A stretch of 64,000 nucleotides of DNA from a virus. Taxonomy: Duplodnaviria > Heunggongvirae > Uroviricota > Caudoviricetes. Shown here one piece after another: positions 1 to 9,238 of this stretch; within the stretch, counting starts at the first letter, position 1; each line of letters opens with the position of its first letter. The translations under genes and the position numbers were made by a program. Where the stretch lies: IMG/VR virus record IMGVR_UViG_3300049215_000070; one strand, given 5' to 3'. Below the pieces are notes generated by a model. That model was given only the letters and a program-made list of their open reading frames with translations. It made no database searches and was not told where the DNA came from.

Positions 1-115
1 GGTTGAGAACGTCTGGCAGGCTATTCCTACGGCGGCGCGTGGCAAGATGGTGCGCGCGGACGTTCACGCGGTGCTAGATGCAATCAACCAGCTGGCAATC
101 AAAGAGATTCAATGA
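1..115 (+). CDS. 3' fragment of hypothetical protein (complete copy at 58740..59108)
   Basis: Reads in frame to TGA at 113-115. Identical to the C-terminus ...AINQLAIKEIQ of ORF 58740..59108. Confidence 0.7.
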   Translation, partial: VENVWQAIPTAARGKMVRADVHAVLDAINQLAIKEIQ

Positions 116-594
116 TACTTCAGGATGTCATAGACTTCGCCGCGGGAAGCTTCGACTGCGTTATGGGTTACCCGGGCCGGTACGCCGACGGCAGCAAGGA
201 AAAGCCGCGCACCGGCAGCCGTGAGTACGTCACCTTGCGTCACAGCGCGCCAACGTATGACGCCGCATTTGGCTGGTACCAGGGCAACAACGGCGAGCAC
301 GAGCTGAGCTGCAAAATGATCGCCACGTTAGAAATGGCACGCCGAAGCGTAGGCAAGATCTCGTACAAGCCTAAGCTGTACTGGCGCCATGTTGACAAGG
401 TCGAGATGTATAAGGACGCGTGGAGGGTCGCGCACATCCGCACCCGGCTGTACATCGATGGCGTACGCAGTTACGGCGTCGCGCAAATCAAGGAAGGCCC
501 GCGCGCATACATGCAGCTGGTTGTCGACAACGCCCCTAATGTGGCACTATTGACGCTTCAGGATTATGAGCAGCACACAGGAGAGACAGCATGA
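112..594 (+). CDS. hypothetical protein (160 aa)
   Basis: ATGA start/stop coupling with upstream ORF. GC-rich ORF. No motif recognised. Confidence 0.6.
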   Translation: MILQDVIDFAAGSFDCVMGYPGRYADGSKEKPRTGSREYVTLRHSAPTYDAAFGWYQGNNGEHELSCKMIATLEMARRSVGKISYKPKLYWRHVDKVEMYKDAWRVAHIRTRLYIDGVRSYGVAQIKEGPRAYMQLVVDNAPNVALLTLQDYEQHTGETA

Positions 595-767
595 TTAGGA
601 TTGTGGATGAGAAGATTTTCAGCTTAACTAAAAATCAGTACCGGGATCTTAGATTCGAGTTTGATCAAGACCCAATTTACTGGTACTCGACCGATAAAGA
701 CTTCGAGTATTGGCTGGAAACCGTGAAAAAGATCCAGCACACCACTTACCGCGAAGAGAACCCATGA
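591..767 (+). CDS. small hypothetical protein (58 aa)
   Basis: AGGAGA RBS 8 nt upstream of ATG. ATGA overlap with neighbours on both sides. Confidence 0.5.
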   Translation: MIRIVDEKIFSLTKNQYRDLRFEFDQDPIYWYSTDKDFEYWLETVKKIQHTTYREENP

Positions 768-874
768 AGTACTCCTGGTACGTGATGATGCTGACCTGCG
801 TTTCGTTCGCGCTGGCGGGTGCAATTATCTACTTTGGCGGGCTATTGATGCTTGCGGCGTTTGGTGAGCTATGA
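764..874 (+). CDS. small hydrophobic membrane peptide (36 aa)
   Basis: MKYSWYVMMLTCVSFALAGAIIYFGGLLMLAAFGEL. ATGA coupling at both ends. Confidence 0.45.
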   Translation: MKYSWYVMMLTCVSFALAGAIIYFGGLLMLAAFGEL

Positions 875-1425
875 CAGACCGAGAGATCCTTTTGGTGGTA
901 ATGAAAAGATTGCGCAAATACGCCGAAAGCAAAACTCCTGCAAGCCCAAGATTTTTGAGCATGGAGGCCGACTGGATCGAGCGCAAGATGGGAGAGCAGG
1001 AAATCGAGCGCAATACCGTTAGCGGCTTGTGCGCGCCATTTGTTCCGGGTGATGTCCCAGGTAACGCCGTAGATTTAAAGCCCGTATACTCCGAGCCAGG
1101 AGCCATCAAGCCCGTAGACCCCAAGTTTGAATGCGATTGCGGCGCCAAGGAGTGGGGCACGGAGCATCGCTATTGGTGCCAAACCAATCCTCGTGCAAAC
1201 CATATGCACGCGTGGGTGCGTTTCAATAAGTTCCCGGGGCTGATGAGGTGCATACATGGCGCGTGCCTGGCTGTGTGGGACGATGGGCAGATTTACCCGA
1301 GCTTTGATGCATACCTCAAGTGTCAGGCTTTTCTGGAATCTTGCGAGAAAGAGTCAAAACCAGATCCCTTGCTAGAGCGTCGAGCCGCCGAAGACAAATA
1401 TCTGAACTGGGACTGGGGCTATTGA
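871..1425 (+). CDS. hypothetical protein, Cys/His-rich C-terminal half (possible Zn-binding)
   Basis: 184-aa ORF translationally coupled. Contains CDCG...C..H.H...C.HGAC pattern. Confidence 0.6.
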   Translation: MTDREILLVVMKRLRKYAESKTPASPRFLSMEADWIERKMGEQEIERNTVSGLCAPFVPGDVPGNAVDLKPVYSEPGAIKPVDPKFECDCGAKEWGTEHRYWCQTNPRANHMHAWVRFNKFPGLMRCIHGACLAVWDDGQIYPSFDAYLKCQAFLESCEKESKPDPLLERRAAEDKYLNWDWGY

Positions 1426-1643
1426 TGGCGGACGAGGTATCCCCGGTAATACGCCTTAGGCAGAGGAACTGCATTGGCAGCCGCGGCGCCGAGGATCACG
1501 GCTGGATCAAGGGCTTGGCCGACAAGACCCATCACTGCGCCTTCTGTGGCGTAAGCAAGCCCGACTGGGAGCAGATGATGAATGAGATGTGGTACAGCCC
1601 GGGGATCAACAGCGCGCAGTCTGGGCCAACGGGATACCCATGA
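1425..1643 (+). CDS. small Cys/His-containing protein (72 aa)
   Basis: ATGA overlap with upstream stop. HHCAFCG motif. Confidence 0.45.
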   Translation: MADEVSPVIRLRQRNCIGSRGAEDHGWIKGLADKTHHCAFCGVSKPDWEQMMNEMWYSPGINSAQSGPTGYP

Positions 1644-1684
1644 GCGAAGATTACAAAAATCTGGGAATTATATACTTAACCCCC

Positions 1685-1713
1685 TTGACATCCTTAAGGG
1701 AGTCATCTACACT
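1685..1713 (+). promoter_or_regulatory. sigma70-like promoter: TTGACA - 17 nt - TACACT
   Basis: Perfect -35 TTGACA (1685-1690), 17-nt spacer, -10 TACACT (1708-1713), in an AT-rich gap upstream of the ATG at 1752. Confidence 0.55.
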
Positions 1714-1741
1714 ATCAGCACTGGTTAGATTATTCTTAAGG
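1692..1741. promoter_or_regulatory. pair of palindromic operator-like sites CCTTAAGG (1692-1699) and CTTAAGG (1735-1741) bracketing the -10
   Basis: ATCCTTAAG at 1690-1698 is the exact reverse complement of CTTAAGGAT at 1733-1741. The first site lies in the promoter spacer, the second at about +20. Confidence 0.45.
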
Positions 1742-1751
1742 ATCAGCGCAG

Positions 1752-2009
1752 ATGGCCGAAGTGACACAGTTTGAGCAGGCAATTGACGAAGCCGGGTATG
1801 GTTTTTCCCAAAAAAATCTGACCGAAACCCACGAGACAATTGAGCATTTTGTTGCGGCGCGAGGCAGGCCACTGGTCGTAGATACCGAAAATGGTACTTT
1901 GCACATTTGGGAGAATGTGCAGCAGGCGAAGGGGCTGGTGCGCGGCAGCTTGATTGTGATGGATGCCGGAGATACCCGGTTTGCACATTTCGATGGTGAG
2001 AAGATTTGA
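1752..2009 (+). CDS. hypothetical protein (85 aa)
   Basis: First ORF downstream of the predicted promoter. No motif recognised. Confidence 0.55.
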   Translation: MAEVTQFEQAIDEAGYGFSQKNLTETHETIEHFVAARGRPLVVDTENGTLHIWENVQQAKGLVRGSLIVMDAGDTRFAHFDGEKI

Positions 2010-2042
2010 AATGAACGTCAAGCACCACAATCAGCCAGCTCA

Positions 2043-2276
2043 ATGAATATGAAGTCAGCAGCGCGGACAGTGGCGCGCCAGGAATATCCGGCCAGCCGAC
2101 AGCATCCCGATTGCCACCGTATGGTGGACTGGGAAAAGCCGGTTCTACCCGTTTTGTCACCGGGGATGGCGGCGAAAAGTGGAGGCGTCGTGTCCTCCAT
2201 GCTGCCCCGACATGGGAAGCCGGTGCAATTCCGGCCTGACTTCACTTCCATAAAAGAGGTGCCCCATGGTGACTGA
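2043..2276 (+). CDS. hypothetical protein (77 aa)
   Basis: ORF fills the gap between neighbouring genes. Weak call. Confidence 0.3.
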   Translation: MNMKSAARTVARQEYPASRQHPDCHRMVDWEKPVLPVLSPGMAAKSGGVVSSMLPRHGKPVQFRPDFTSIKEVPHGD

Positions 2277-2526
2277 CGCCGACCCGCCACCGATGCCGAC
2301 CGCCGAGGAAGCATTGCCGGTAGCAACGGCAAGCATTATGACTAAAAAGAAGTTGCAAGAAATGGGCGTCCCCCTTGAGGTCTCAGCATATATTTTGAAG
2401 CTCGAAACAGCTCTCAGGGAAGTTCTTTGGCAATGCCAGCATGGCCGCGCAGGGTCCGCTCCGAGTGACGGAATTGAGCGGCGCATTGAATCGCCAGAGT
2501 TCACAGCAACACAGGGTGACGGGTAA
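2266..2526 (+). CDS. hypothetical protein (86 aa)
   Basis: ORF in the co-directional gene train. No motif. Confidence 0.45.
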   Translation: MVTDADPPPMPTAEEALPVATASIMTKKKLQEMGVPLEVSAYILKLETALREVLWQCQHGRAGSAPSDGIERRIESPEFTATQGDG

Positions 2527-2529
2527 ATC

Positions 2530-2925
2530 GTGGATAGGTTCGAAGCGTTTACGGCGTATTTGATCTCTCTTGCGAAAGAGCGCCCTTACAAAATAGCTGG
2601 TGACGCTGCATGCGGATATTGGATGGCAATAGAATCAATGGCGCGCGCCGCTGAACTTGCAATGCATCAGCCAGCAACATCGAGTGACGGAGTAGAGCAT
2701 GGGAAACCTAAAGTAAAAGCGACGTTGCAAAGTGATGGGGTGTTATACAACACTAAAACACCCTCAGCCACTCCCACGCACGCGCCCGACCCGGAGCGCA
2801 TCGCCAGCCACGCCTGCGGCTACGGCTGCATCGAGCGTGGGCATCCTGAGCCTGACTGCCCCAAGCACGGCTGGGTGGTATCCGAGTGCCCTAGTAACTA
2901 CCTGACGTCGCGTGATACGTGGTAG
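2530..2925 (+). CDS. hypothetical protein immediately upstream of terminase large subunit (candidate small terminase subunit, speculative)
   Basis: GTG start. 131 aa. Sits where a small terminase subunit gene usually sits. C-terminal Cys/His cluster. Confidence 0.4.
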   Translation: MDRFEAFTAYLISLAKERPYKIAGDAACGYWMAIESMARAAELAMHQPATSSDGVEHGKPKVKATLQSDGVLYNTKTPSATPTHAPDPERIASHACGYGCIERGHPEPDCPKHGWVVSECPSNYLTSRDTW

Positions 2926-2982
2926 ATCAAGAAATGACCTACAACCGCCTGAGGGCCTCTGAGCGCCGCGAGACCGAAATGG

Positions 2983-4587
2983 GTGCCACAACCATCTGAC
3001 ATACTGGAGATCGGCCTTCGGCAGGGCTTTACGAAAGCTCAAACTGCAGCAGCGCTTCGCTCTCTTGACGACTTCGAGGTCGAACGTCTGGCGTGGATGT
3101 GCCGCTGGGTTGACGCGCGTCACGCTTTCCAGGTTGTTCCCGACGGGCAATGGTCCAACTGGGTAATCCTGGCCGGGAGAGGCAGCGGCAAGACCCGCGT
3201 AGGCGCCGAGTGGTCTGGCATGCGCTGCGCCATGGGCGAGAAGGGTCACCGTCACCTGGTAGTCGCGCCAACGAAAGCAGACTTGAGGGCGGTGTGCTTT
3301 GAGGGCGACTCTGGGTTGCTACGCGTGATACCGCCCAGCCTTATCAAGTACTACCACAAAACGCCCGCTCCTGAGATCGTGCTGCATAACGGCGCGCTGA
3401 TTGGCGGGATCGCTGCTGAGGCGTTCGAGCGTACCCGAGGCCCGCAGTGGCATGGCGCCTGGTGTGACGAGGTAGCGGCCTGGGGTGAGGGCGGCAAGGC
3501 TGATCCCGAAGAGGTGTGGGACACGATGGTGATGTCCATCCGGTTAGGTCAAGACACCCGCATCCTGGTGACCACGACGCCCAAGAACCGGCCACTGGTG
3601 AAGCGCCTGGTGGCGGATGAAGACAGCGTTATGACGTCCGCTAGCACGCACGTCAACACCTCGAACCTGTCCCCTGAGTTCGCGCGCCGAATCCTCAAGT
3701 ACGACGGCACCAAGATCGGACGGCAGGAGGTCTACGCGGAGCTGATTGACGCCGAGGAAGGCGGCATCATCAGCCGCAGCTGGCTGCGCCATTGGCCCGC
3801 CAACAAGCCGCTGCCTGAGTTCCATTTTATCGTGATGAGCCTGGATACCGCGTTTAGCGAGTCCGACCACGACAAGAAAAAGCAGACCACCGACCCGAGC
3901 GCGTGCAGCGTCTGGGGGTGCTTTAAGTACGAGCGTACGCTGCCCAGCGGGGAAAAGATCGAGAAGCCGGGGATTATTCTGCTGGATTGCTGGGCCGAGC
4001 ACCTTGGTTTTCCGGACCTGGTGGACAAGGTCAAGAACGAGTCAGACCCGGACAAGATCCGCTACGGCAGGAACCTGAGCGCCAAGCCCGTCATCACCCC
4101 AAGCAACGTGCCCAAGGCGTACAGGCGCATGGCACCGCCCAAGATGGGGGGGAGGGCCATTGACCTGATCGTTATCGAGGGCAAGGCCAGCGGCAAGAGC
4201 CTGCGTCAAACGCTGATGAAGGCCGAGATCAACAGCGTGGAGTTTAACCCGGGGAACGCGGACAAGCTCAGCCGGGGCCATTTCATCAGCCCAATCATCA
4301 AAGATGGTATCCTATGGGTACCCGATTCGCCCACCCCGGACAAGAACGGCAACCCCAAGTTCAGGAGCTGGGCCGAGCCATTGGTGGAGCAGCTGTGCAG
4401 CTACAGCGGCGAAGGTTCAGTGGTTCACGACGACTTGTACGACACCGCGACGCAGGGGTTGCGCGTGATCGACTGGTACTGGCTGCACCACCTAGAGCAA
4501 AAAGCCAAGAAAGCTAAAGGCGGCACCGGCATCCACGAGGACCGGCAGCCCGACAAGCGCATCATCACCAACCCGTACGCCGAGTAA
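2983..4587 (+). CDS. terL: terminase large subunit (ATPase + nuclease)
   Basis: Walker A VILAGRGSGKT. Length 534 aa. Followed by the portal gene. N-terminus uncertain: GTG at 2983, or first in-frame ATG at 3097. Confidence 0.85.
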   Translation: MPQPSDILEIGLRQGFTKAQTAAALRSLDDFEVERLAWMCRWVDARHAFQVVPDGQWSNWVILAGRGSGKTRVGAEWSGMRCAMGEKGHRHLVVAPTKADLRAVCFEGDSGLLRVIPPSLIKYYHKTPAPEIVLHNGALIGGIAAEAFERTRGPQWHGAWCDEVAAWGEGGKADPEEVWDTMVMSIRLGQDTRILVTTTPKNRPLVKRLVADEDSVMTSASTHVNTSNLSPEFARRILKYDGTKIGRQEVYAELIDAEEGGIISRSWLRHWPANKPLPEFHFIVMSLDTAFSESDHDKKKQTTDPSACSVWGCFKYERTLPSGEKIEKPGIILLDCWAEHLGFPDLVDKVKNESDPDKIRYGRNLSAKPVITPSNVPKAYRRMAPPKMGGRAIDLIVIEGKASGKSLRQTLMKAEINSVEFNPGNADKLSRGHFISPIIKDGILWVPDSPTPDKNGNPKFRSWAEPLVEQLCSYSGEGSVVHDDLYDTATQGLRVIDWYWLHHLEQKAKKAKGGTGIHEDRQPDKRIITNPYAE

Positions 4588-4589
4588 CT

Positions 4590-4907
4590 ATGGCAACCGA
4601 ACTAAGCTTTAACGCAGTCACGACCAACGCCGACGGAAGCGCGTTGACCCTGCCGGTGACCTACACCGCCCTGATCGACACCGTCAACCCGCCCGTGAAA
4701 GCGTACCCCATCCAGGCGAACATAGCCCCGGTGGCTGGTTTGATTATCGTGACCTTTGCCGAGCTGGGCTTCGTGCCTGCCGCGAACCAGAAGTACTTCG
4801 TTGAGGTGACCGCTACCGACAGCGCCGGAACTTCTGGACCCTCCAACGAGGCGACGTTCACCAACACGGTCGTGCTCAGCGAGCCGACGGGTTTAAAGGT
4901 TGGCTGA
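4590..4907 (+). CDS. hypothetical protein between terminase and portal (105 aa; carries a polymorphic residue, L vs P, between the two copies)
   Basis: ATG 2 nt after the terminase stop. The two sequence copies differ at 4893. Confidence 0.55.
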   Translation: MATELSFNAVTTNADGSALTLPVTYTALIDTVNPPVKAYPIQANIAPVAGLIIVTFAELGFVPAANQKYFVEVTATDSAGTSGPSNEATFTNTVVLSEPTGLKVG

Positions 4908-4962
4908 TCCGGTTATGGAACTGGATCAAGGAACTATTCAAGCCCTACTGAGCCGCTAAACT

Positions 4963-7635
4963 ATGTCGTCAGAATCCCAAATCCTGCAGAGCTTCGACGT
5001 CGAATCCCCCGAGGACGACCCAAACACCGACATCGCCACGGATGCCGCGGAGCGTAGCCAGGGCAAGGTGCCTGATGACGCCGACACCAAAGAGCTAGAC
5101 GACGGCTCAGCGATTCTGGCGCTGCATGACAACCGTGAGGTGGCTAAGGCCAAAGAGTTCTACGTCAACCTTGCCGAAGATATCCCAGAGGATCAGCTGC
5201 GTGACATCAGCACCAAGCTTCTTGACTTGTTTGATAAGGATGTTCAGGCGCGCGAAGACCGCGACAAGCAGTACGCCGAGGGGCTGCGTCGAACTGGGTT
5301 TTCTCAGGATGCACCTGGCGGCGCTAATTTCGATGGAGCTTCTAAGGTAGTTCACCCGCTGGTAGCGGAGGTAGCCATAGACTTCAGCGCGCGAGCGATC
5401 AAGGAACTGTGGCCCGCTGGTGGACCGTGCAAGGACAAGATCGTCGGCGAGCCTGACAACAAAAAGGAAGAGAAAGCCAAGCGAAAGGTGCGATGGCTCA
5501 ACTGGCAGATGACCGAGGGCATGCCGAGCATGCGCTACGAGATGGAGCAGATCCTGACGCAGGTGCCCATGGGCGGCGTGCAGTACTCCAAGCTCTGGTG
5601 GGACGTTAAGCGCAAGACGCCCGTGCATGAGGCGGTGTGGGTTGACGAGATCGTGCTGCCGTTTGCGGCGACTGATTTTTACTCAAGCCCGCGCAAGGCT
5701 CATATCCAGAAACTGGACGAGTTCACATTCCAAGACCGGGTGCGCAAGGGAATCTACCGTGACGTTGACACCATTGCGCTGGTTACTCAGCCGGATGAGA
5801 CGAAGGCTGAGCAGGCCAACAACCGCATCGAGGGAAAGTCGCAGACCAACTACAACGAGGACGGTCAGCGGGTTGTCATTGAGTTCGACGTGCAGTACGT
5901 GGTGCCTGACAGCGAGCGCGGCGTGGATGACCTCGATGATGCCGACGATATAGGTCCGGCGCCTTACCTGATTACGATTGACAAGGAGACGCGCAGTGTC
6001 CTCAGCATCTACCGAAACTGGGACGAGGACGACGAGAACATGGACGCCCTGGTCCATATCATCGAGTGGCCGTTCTTGCCGTGGCGCGGTGCTATGCCCA
6101 TTGGAGCGCCGCAAGTACTGGGAGGGATTGCGGCTGCTGCCACAGGAGCGCTCCGCGCCCTTCTGGATTCAGCCCTCATCAACAATTTTCCCGGCGGCGT
6201 CAGGCTCAAGTCAGGTCCAGTCGGTGGTCAATCTGTCACCGTAAGCGCCGGTCAGACTGCGGAGATTGACGGCGGGATCATGCAGGATGATATCCGCAAA
6301 ACCTTCATGCCGACGCCCGCGAACCCCACCAGTGCGGTGCTTCTGCAGCTGCTTGAGTTCCTGGTCGACAGCGGGCACGAGGTCGTCAAGACCACGCTGG
6401 ATGAGGCTAACGATAACGCCAATGTTCCCGTCGGGACCATCATGGCGCGCATCGAGCAGCAGATGGTGGTGTTCAGCGCCATCCACAGCCGACTCCACAA
6501 TGCGATGGGCAAGCTGCTGAAGGTGCTGCACCGTCTCAACGCCACCTACCTTGAGGACGATGACGTCGTATCCAAGACCGGCGAAAAGATGGTATTCAAG
6601 GCCGACTTTGACGCCCCGGATGATGTGATACCGGTATCAGACCCGGAGATATTCAGCGAGCTTCAGCGCATCGCCCAGGTGCAGACGGTAGCGCAGCGTG
6701 CGCAGCTGTTCCCGCAGCTGTACGACCAGCGCAAGGTTGAGCAGTCGATTCTCAAGATGATGAAGCTAACCGACCCGGAGCAGTACCTGCTGCCCAAGCC
6801 AGAACCGAAGCCGCTCAACGCGGTCAACGAAAACATCGCCGCCAGCCTTGGGCAGCCCATTACCGCGTTCCCAGACCAGGATCACCTTGCGCACATTCAA
6901 TCGCATATGTCGTTCATTGAAGACCCGCTATTCGGGGCAAACCCCCTCATGGCAGCTCAGGCGATTGGTGGCATACTCCAGAACGTCAAGGAGCACATGC
7001 TATTTTGGTACGGCACTGAGATACACCGCATCGCCTCTGAGGCCGCGGGTACTGACATATCTGAGTTCATGACCATAAAGGATGCCGAGGTGCAGACCAA
7101 GTTCGACGGCATGCTGGCCGCGGCAACGAACAATGTCCATGCGCAGAGCATGGCGGTGTTTGGCAAGCTCCCACCGGCTATCGCGAAAGCGCAGGCCATG
7201 CTGAAGCAGTTCAGCCAGCCGCCGCCGATGGACCCGAGCCAGGTCGCACTCCAGAAGGTTCAGGCAGACACCCAGCTTAAGCAGCAGCAGCTGCAGCAGC
7301 AGGCTCAGACTGATGCCCAGAACGCCGCGCTCAAGAACGCCGAAATCGCGCTTGAAGGTAAGACCCAAGAGGCGCAAATGACTGCCGACCAGCAAAGCGA
7401 CCAACTGGATGCCCAGAACAATCAGCTGAACAACCAAACCAAACAGCAAATTGCGGCGCACTCTGACCAGACCAAGCAGTCTGTTGCTCAATCTGAAAAC
7501 GCGACGAAGCTTACCGTTACCGCTCAGGACAACGAGGTGGCGCTGGAGATCGCGGGCGCGGAGCTGGCCGCTGGCAAGCACACCAACATCAAGAACGGAC
7601 AAGCAGTCGGCAAAGAAGACGGCGCCGCCAAGTAA
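4963..7635 (+). CDS. portal protein (890 aa) with Gln-rich coiled-coil C-terminal extension
   Basis: Large ORF directly after the terminase large subunit and before the scaffold and capsid genes. C-terminal QLKQQQLQQQAQ... low-complexity tail. Assignment by position and size. Confidence 0.65.
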   Translation: MSSESQILQSFDVESPEDDPNTDIATDAAERSQGKVPDDADTKELDDGSAILALHDNREVAKAKEFYVNLAEDIPEDQLRDISTKLLDLFDKDVQAREDRDKQYAEGLRRTGFSQDAPGGANFDGASKVVHPLVAEVAIDFSARAIKELWPAGGPCKDKIVGEPDNKKEEKAKRKVRWLNWQMTEGMPSMRYEMEQILTQVPMGGVQYSKLWWDVKRKTPVHEAVWVDEIVLPFAATDFYSSPRKAHIQKLDEFTFQDRVRKGIYRDVDTIALVTQPDETKAEQANNRIEGKSQTNYNEDGQRVVIEFDVQYVVPDSERGVDDLDDADDIGPAPYLITIDKETRSVLSIYRNWDEDDENMDALVHIIEWPFLPWRGAMPIGAPQVLGGIAAAATGALRALLDSALINNFPGGVRLKSGPVGGQSVTVSAGQTAEIDGGIMQDDIRKTFMPTPANPTSAVLLQLLEFLVDSGHEVVKTTLDEANDNANVPVGTIMARIEQQMVVFSAIHSRLHNAMGKLLKVLHRLNATYLEDDDVVSKTGEKMVFKADFDAPDDVIPVSDPEIFSELQRIAQVQTVAQRAQLFPQLYDQRKVEQSILKMMKLTDPEQYLLPKPEPKPLNAVNENIAASLGQPITAFPDQDHLAHIQSHMSFIEDPLFGANPLMAAQAIGGILQNVKEHMLFWYGTEIHRIASEAAGTDISEFMTIKDAEVQTKFDGMLAAATNNVHAQSMAVFGKLPPAIAKAQAMLKQFSQPPPMDPSQVALQKVQADTQLKQQQLQQQAQTDAQNAALKNAEIALEGKTQEAQMTADQQSDQLDAQNNQLNNQTKQQIAAHSDQTKQSVAQSENATKLTVTAQDNEVALEIAGAELAAGKHTNIKNGQAVGKEDGAAK

Positions 7636-7669
7636 CGTATAATGGGATCACAGCATCCAAGGAATCATC

Positions 7670-7843
7670 ATGAGCAACAAATCCGACCGCGAGAACAACA
7701 CCGGGCCAAAGAGCGAGGGAACCGATAGCAAGCAGATCGGCCCGCGCCAGGAGTACCGTCGCACCGGCACCGCGCCGAACGACGCCGACGCTAAATCCAA
7801 GGACAAAGGATTCGGCAAGCCGTCGACCCCGCAGCCTTGGTAG
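7670..7843 (+). CDS. small basic hypothetical protein (57 aa)
   Basis: ATG ORF MSNKSDRENNTGPK... in the gap after the portal. Below the ORF-track size threshold. Confidence 0.35.
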   Translation: MSNKSDRENNTGPKSEGTDSKQIGPRQEYRRTGTAPNDADAKSKDKGFGKPSTPQPW

Positions 7844-7884
7844 TGTGAGCATAGTGAATCTTTTGCGCCGATACAATCGTCAGC

Positions 7885-8094
7885 ATGAAAGCTAGCGGCA
7901 TTGAGCAGAAGCTGATACAGCACATGGAGCGGCTCGCTCACAGCACCAAGCTGAACGGCTGGACACCAATGAACGTGCCGGACATTGCTTATGAGGCTGG
8001 CAGGCGAATTGGGGTGAATCAGGGCATGGACATGATGCTGAAAGCCGCCATAGAATTTTTCACTGATGCAGAAGCAAAGGACACCGAACTGTGA
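7885..8094 (+). CDS. hypothetical protein (69 aa)
   Basis: ORF in the head-module gene train. Confidence 0.45.
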   Translation: MKASGIEQKLIQHMERLAHSTKLNGWTPMNVPDIAYEAGRRIGVNQGMDMMLKAAIEFFTDAEAKDTEL

Positions 8095-8549
8095 CCAGTA
8101 TCTCGAATATCAAAAGACCATCGATCCTCGCGCAAACACTGGACGAGGCGTTCCCAGCTGTCGACCCGGGCGTCACGCCGTTTGGCAGCCTGGTGCTGAT
8201 CCAAGTCAAAGCCGCGGCAACGCGCACCAAGTCAGGCCTGATCCTTACCAAGGACACCGTCGAGACCGAAAGCGACAACACCCGCATCGCCAAAGTGATT
8301 GCTCTGGGGCCGCTGGCGTTCCATACCCGCGACACTCAGCAGCCATGGCCTGAGGGCGCATGGGCAAACCCAGGCGACTACGTACGCATCCCGATTTACG
8401 GTGGCGACCGCTGGCGCGTGCTGCTGAGCAGCGGCAAGGATGCGCGCGGCGTCGAGCAGAAAGTGTTCGCCGAGTTCGCGCTCATAGAAGACCTGACGCT
8501 CAAGGGAAAAGTTACGGGCGACCCGCTTGCTCAATTGGCGTTCCTGTGA
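8091..8549 (+). CDS. GroES-like co-chaperonin (Cpn10 fold) with N-terminal extension
   Basis: LVLIQVKAAATRTKSGLILTKDT...IAKVIALGP...PGDYVRIPIYGGD parallels GroES [22 protein letters not shown]...VLAVGNG...VGDIVIF..YG. Confidence 0.5.
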   Translation: MTSISNIKRPSILAQTLDEAFPAVDPGVTPFGSLVLIQVKAAATRTKSGLILTKDTVETESDNTRIAKVIALGPLAFHTRDTQQPWPEGAWANPGDYVRIPIYGGDRWRVLLSSGKDARGVEQKVFAEFALIEDLTLKGKVTGDPLAQLAFL

Positions 8550-8682
8550 AGCGCCTGCACTACGTGTTGATTCATTTGTACGCCATCGCCGCGCTTGGCC
8601 TTGGGTTCCTTGGGGTTGGCTCGTTGCTGGCTCAGGCTCAGTGGCTGCGCGAGATAGCAATCATCTTGCACGGAACCCAGGT

Positions 8683-8868
8683 ATGAGCGACGCCTTAGCC
8701 AAGTACATCGGCGCTGACATGCACACCGCGCACGCCATAGCTTTCAGGGACGGCGAGCAGCTGCGGGTGCTGTCTCAGGACGGGCGCCAGTACAGGTACG
8801 CTGAGGAGCCTGCTCAGGAGCATATCCAGGTAGAGATCAGCAAGGGCATTATTACGAGGGTTGTATGA
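8683..8868 (+). CDS. small hypothetical protein (61 aa)
   Basis: ATGA-coupled internal start of ORF 8527..8868. Confidence 0.4.
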   Translation: MSDALAKYIGADMHTAHAIAFRDGEQLRVLSQDGRQYRYAEEPAQEHIQVEISKGIITRVV

Positions 8869-9032
8869 GCGAAGACAATAGACGCACAGCGAGCCGCTGG
8901 GGCGACGAAGCCAAGCAGGTGAAGCGCCGAGACCTTACCGAGGAAGCCGCCAAGAGGGCTGGCTATCCTGGGGCGTTGCGTGAGGAGCACGGCTGGCGCA
9001 ACGGCGCGCGTGTCACCAAACGCCCGCAATAG
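8865..9032 (+). CDS. small basic hypothetical protein (55 aa)
   Basis: ATGA coupling with upstream ORF. MSEDNRRTASRWGDEAKQ... Confidence 0.35.
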   Translation: MSEDNRRTASRWGDEAKQVKRRDLTEEAAKRAGYPGALREEHGWRNGARVTKRPQ

Positions 9033-9238
9033 CGTGCTAGAATACTTGCGAAGGGGTTGGATGTTCTATATCAGGAGTTGGCCGCTAAACCAGGCGTCAT
9101 CACTCCAATGGTGCAATACGCGGTGATGAACCGCCGACGCTGGGAAGAGCAGCGCTCTATGGTGACGTTCGACTAAGTAAGTCACGGGGGTTATTCCCTG
9201 GCGATGCCGGAATACCCGGCACGTCACCGTACCTTTTC

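Larger units (their letters stand above)
1..5007. repeat. Terminal redundancy copy 1 (matches 58994..64000 at offset 58993, 3 mismatches)
   Basis: Six-frame ORFs 109..4907 recur identically at +58993. Only differences seen are at 4893, 4905 and 4938. Confidence 0.95.

Noticed and set aside
1640-1774. ORF 1589..1774 / internal ATG 1640
   Set aside because: It runs through the AT-rich promoter and operator region. It has low GC, unlike the surrounding genes.
4893-4938. Clustered mismatches between the two genome copies as a diversity-generating retroelement variable region
   Set aside because: The substitutions (T>C, G>T, C>A) are not adenine-specific. No reverse transcriptase or template repeat is present in the genome.
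9155-9228. Second tRNA upstream of tRNA-Met
   Set aside because: An 8-bp terminal stem exists, but the internal arms do not give a cloverleaf: the T-loop candidate has a 5-nt loop and there is no D-arm.
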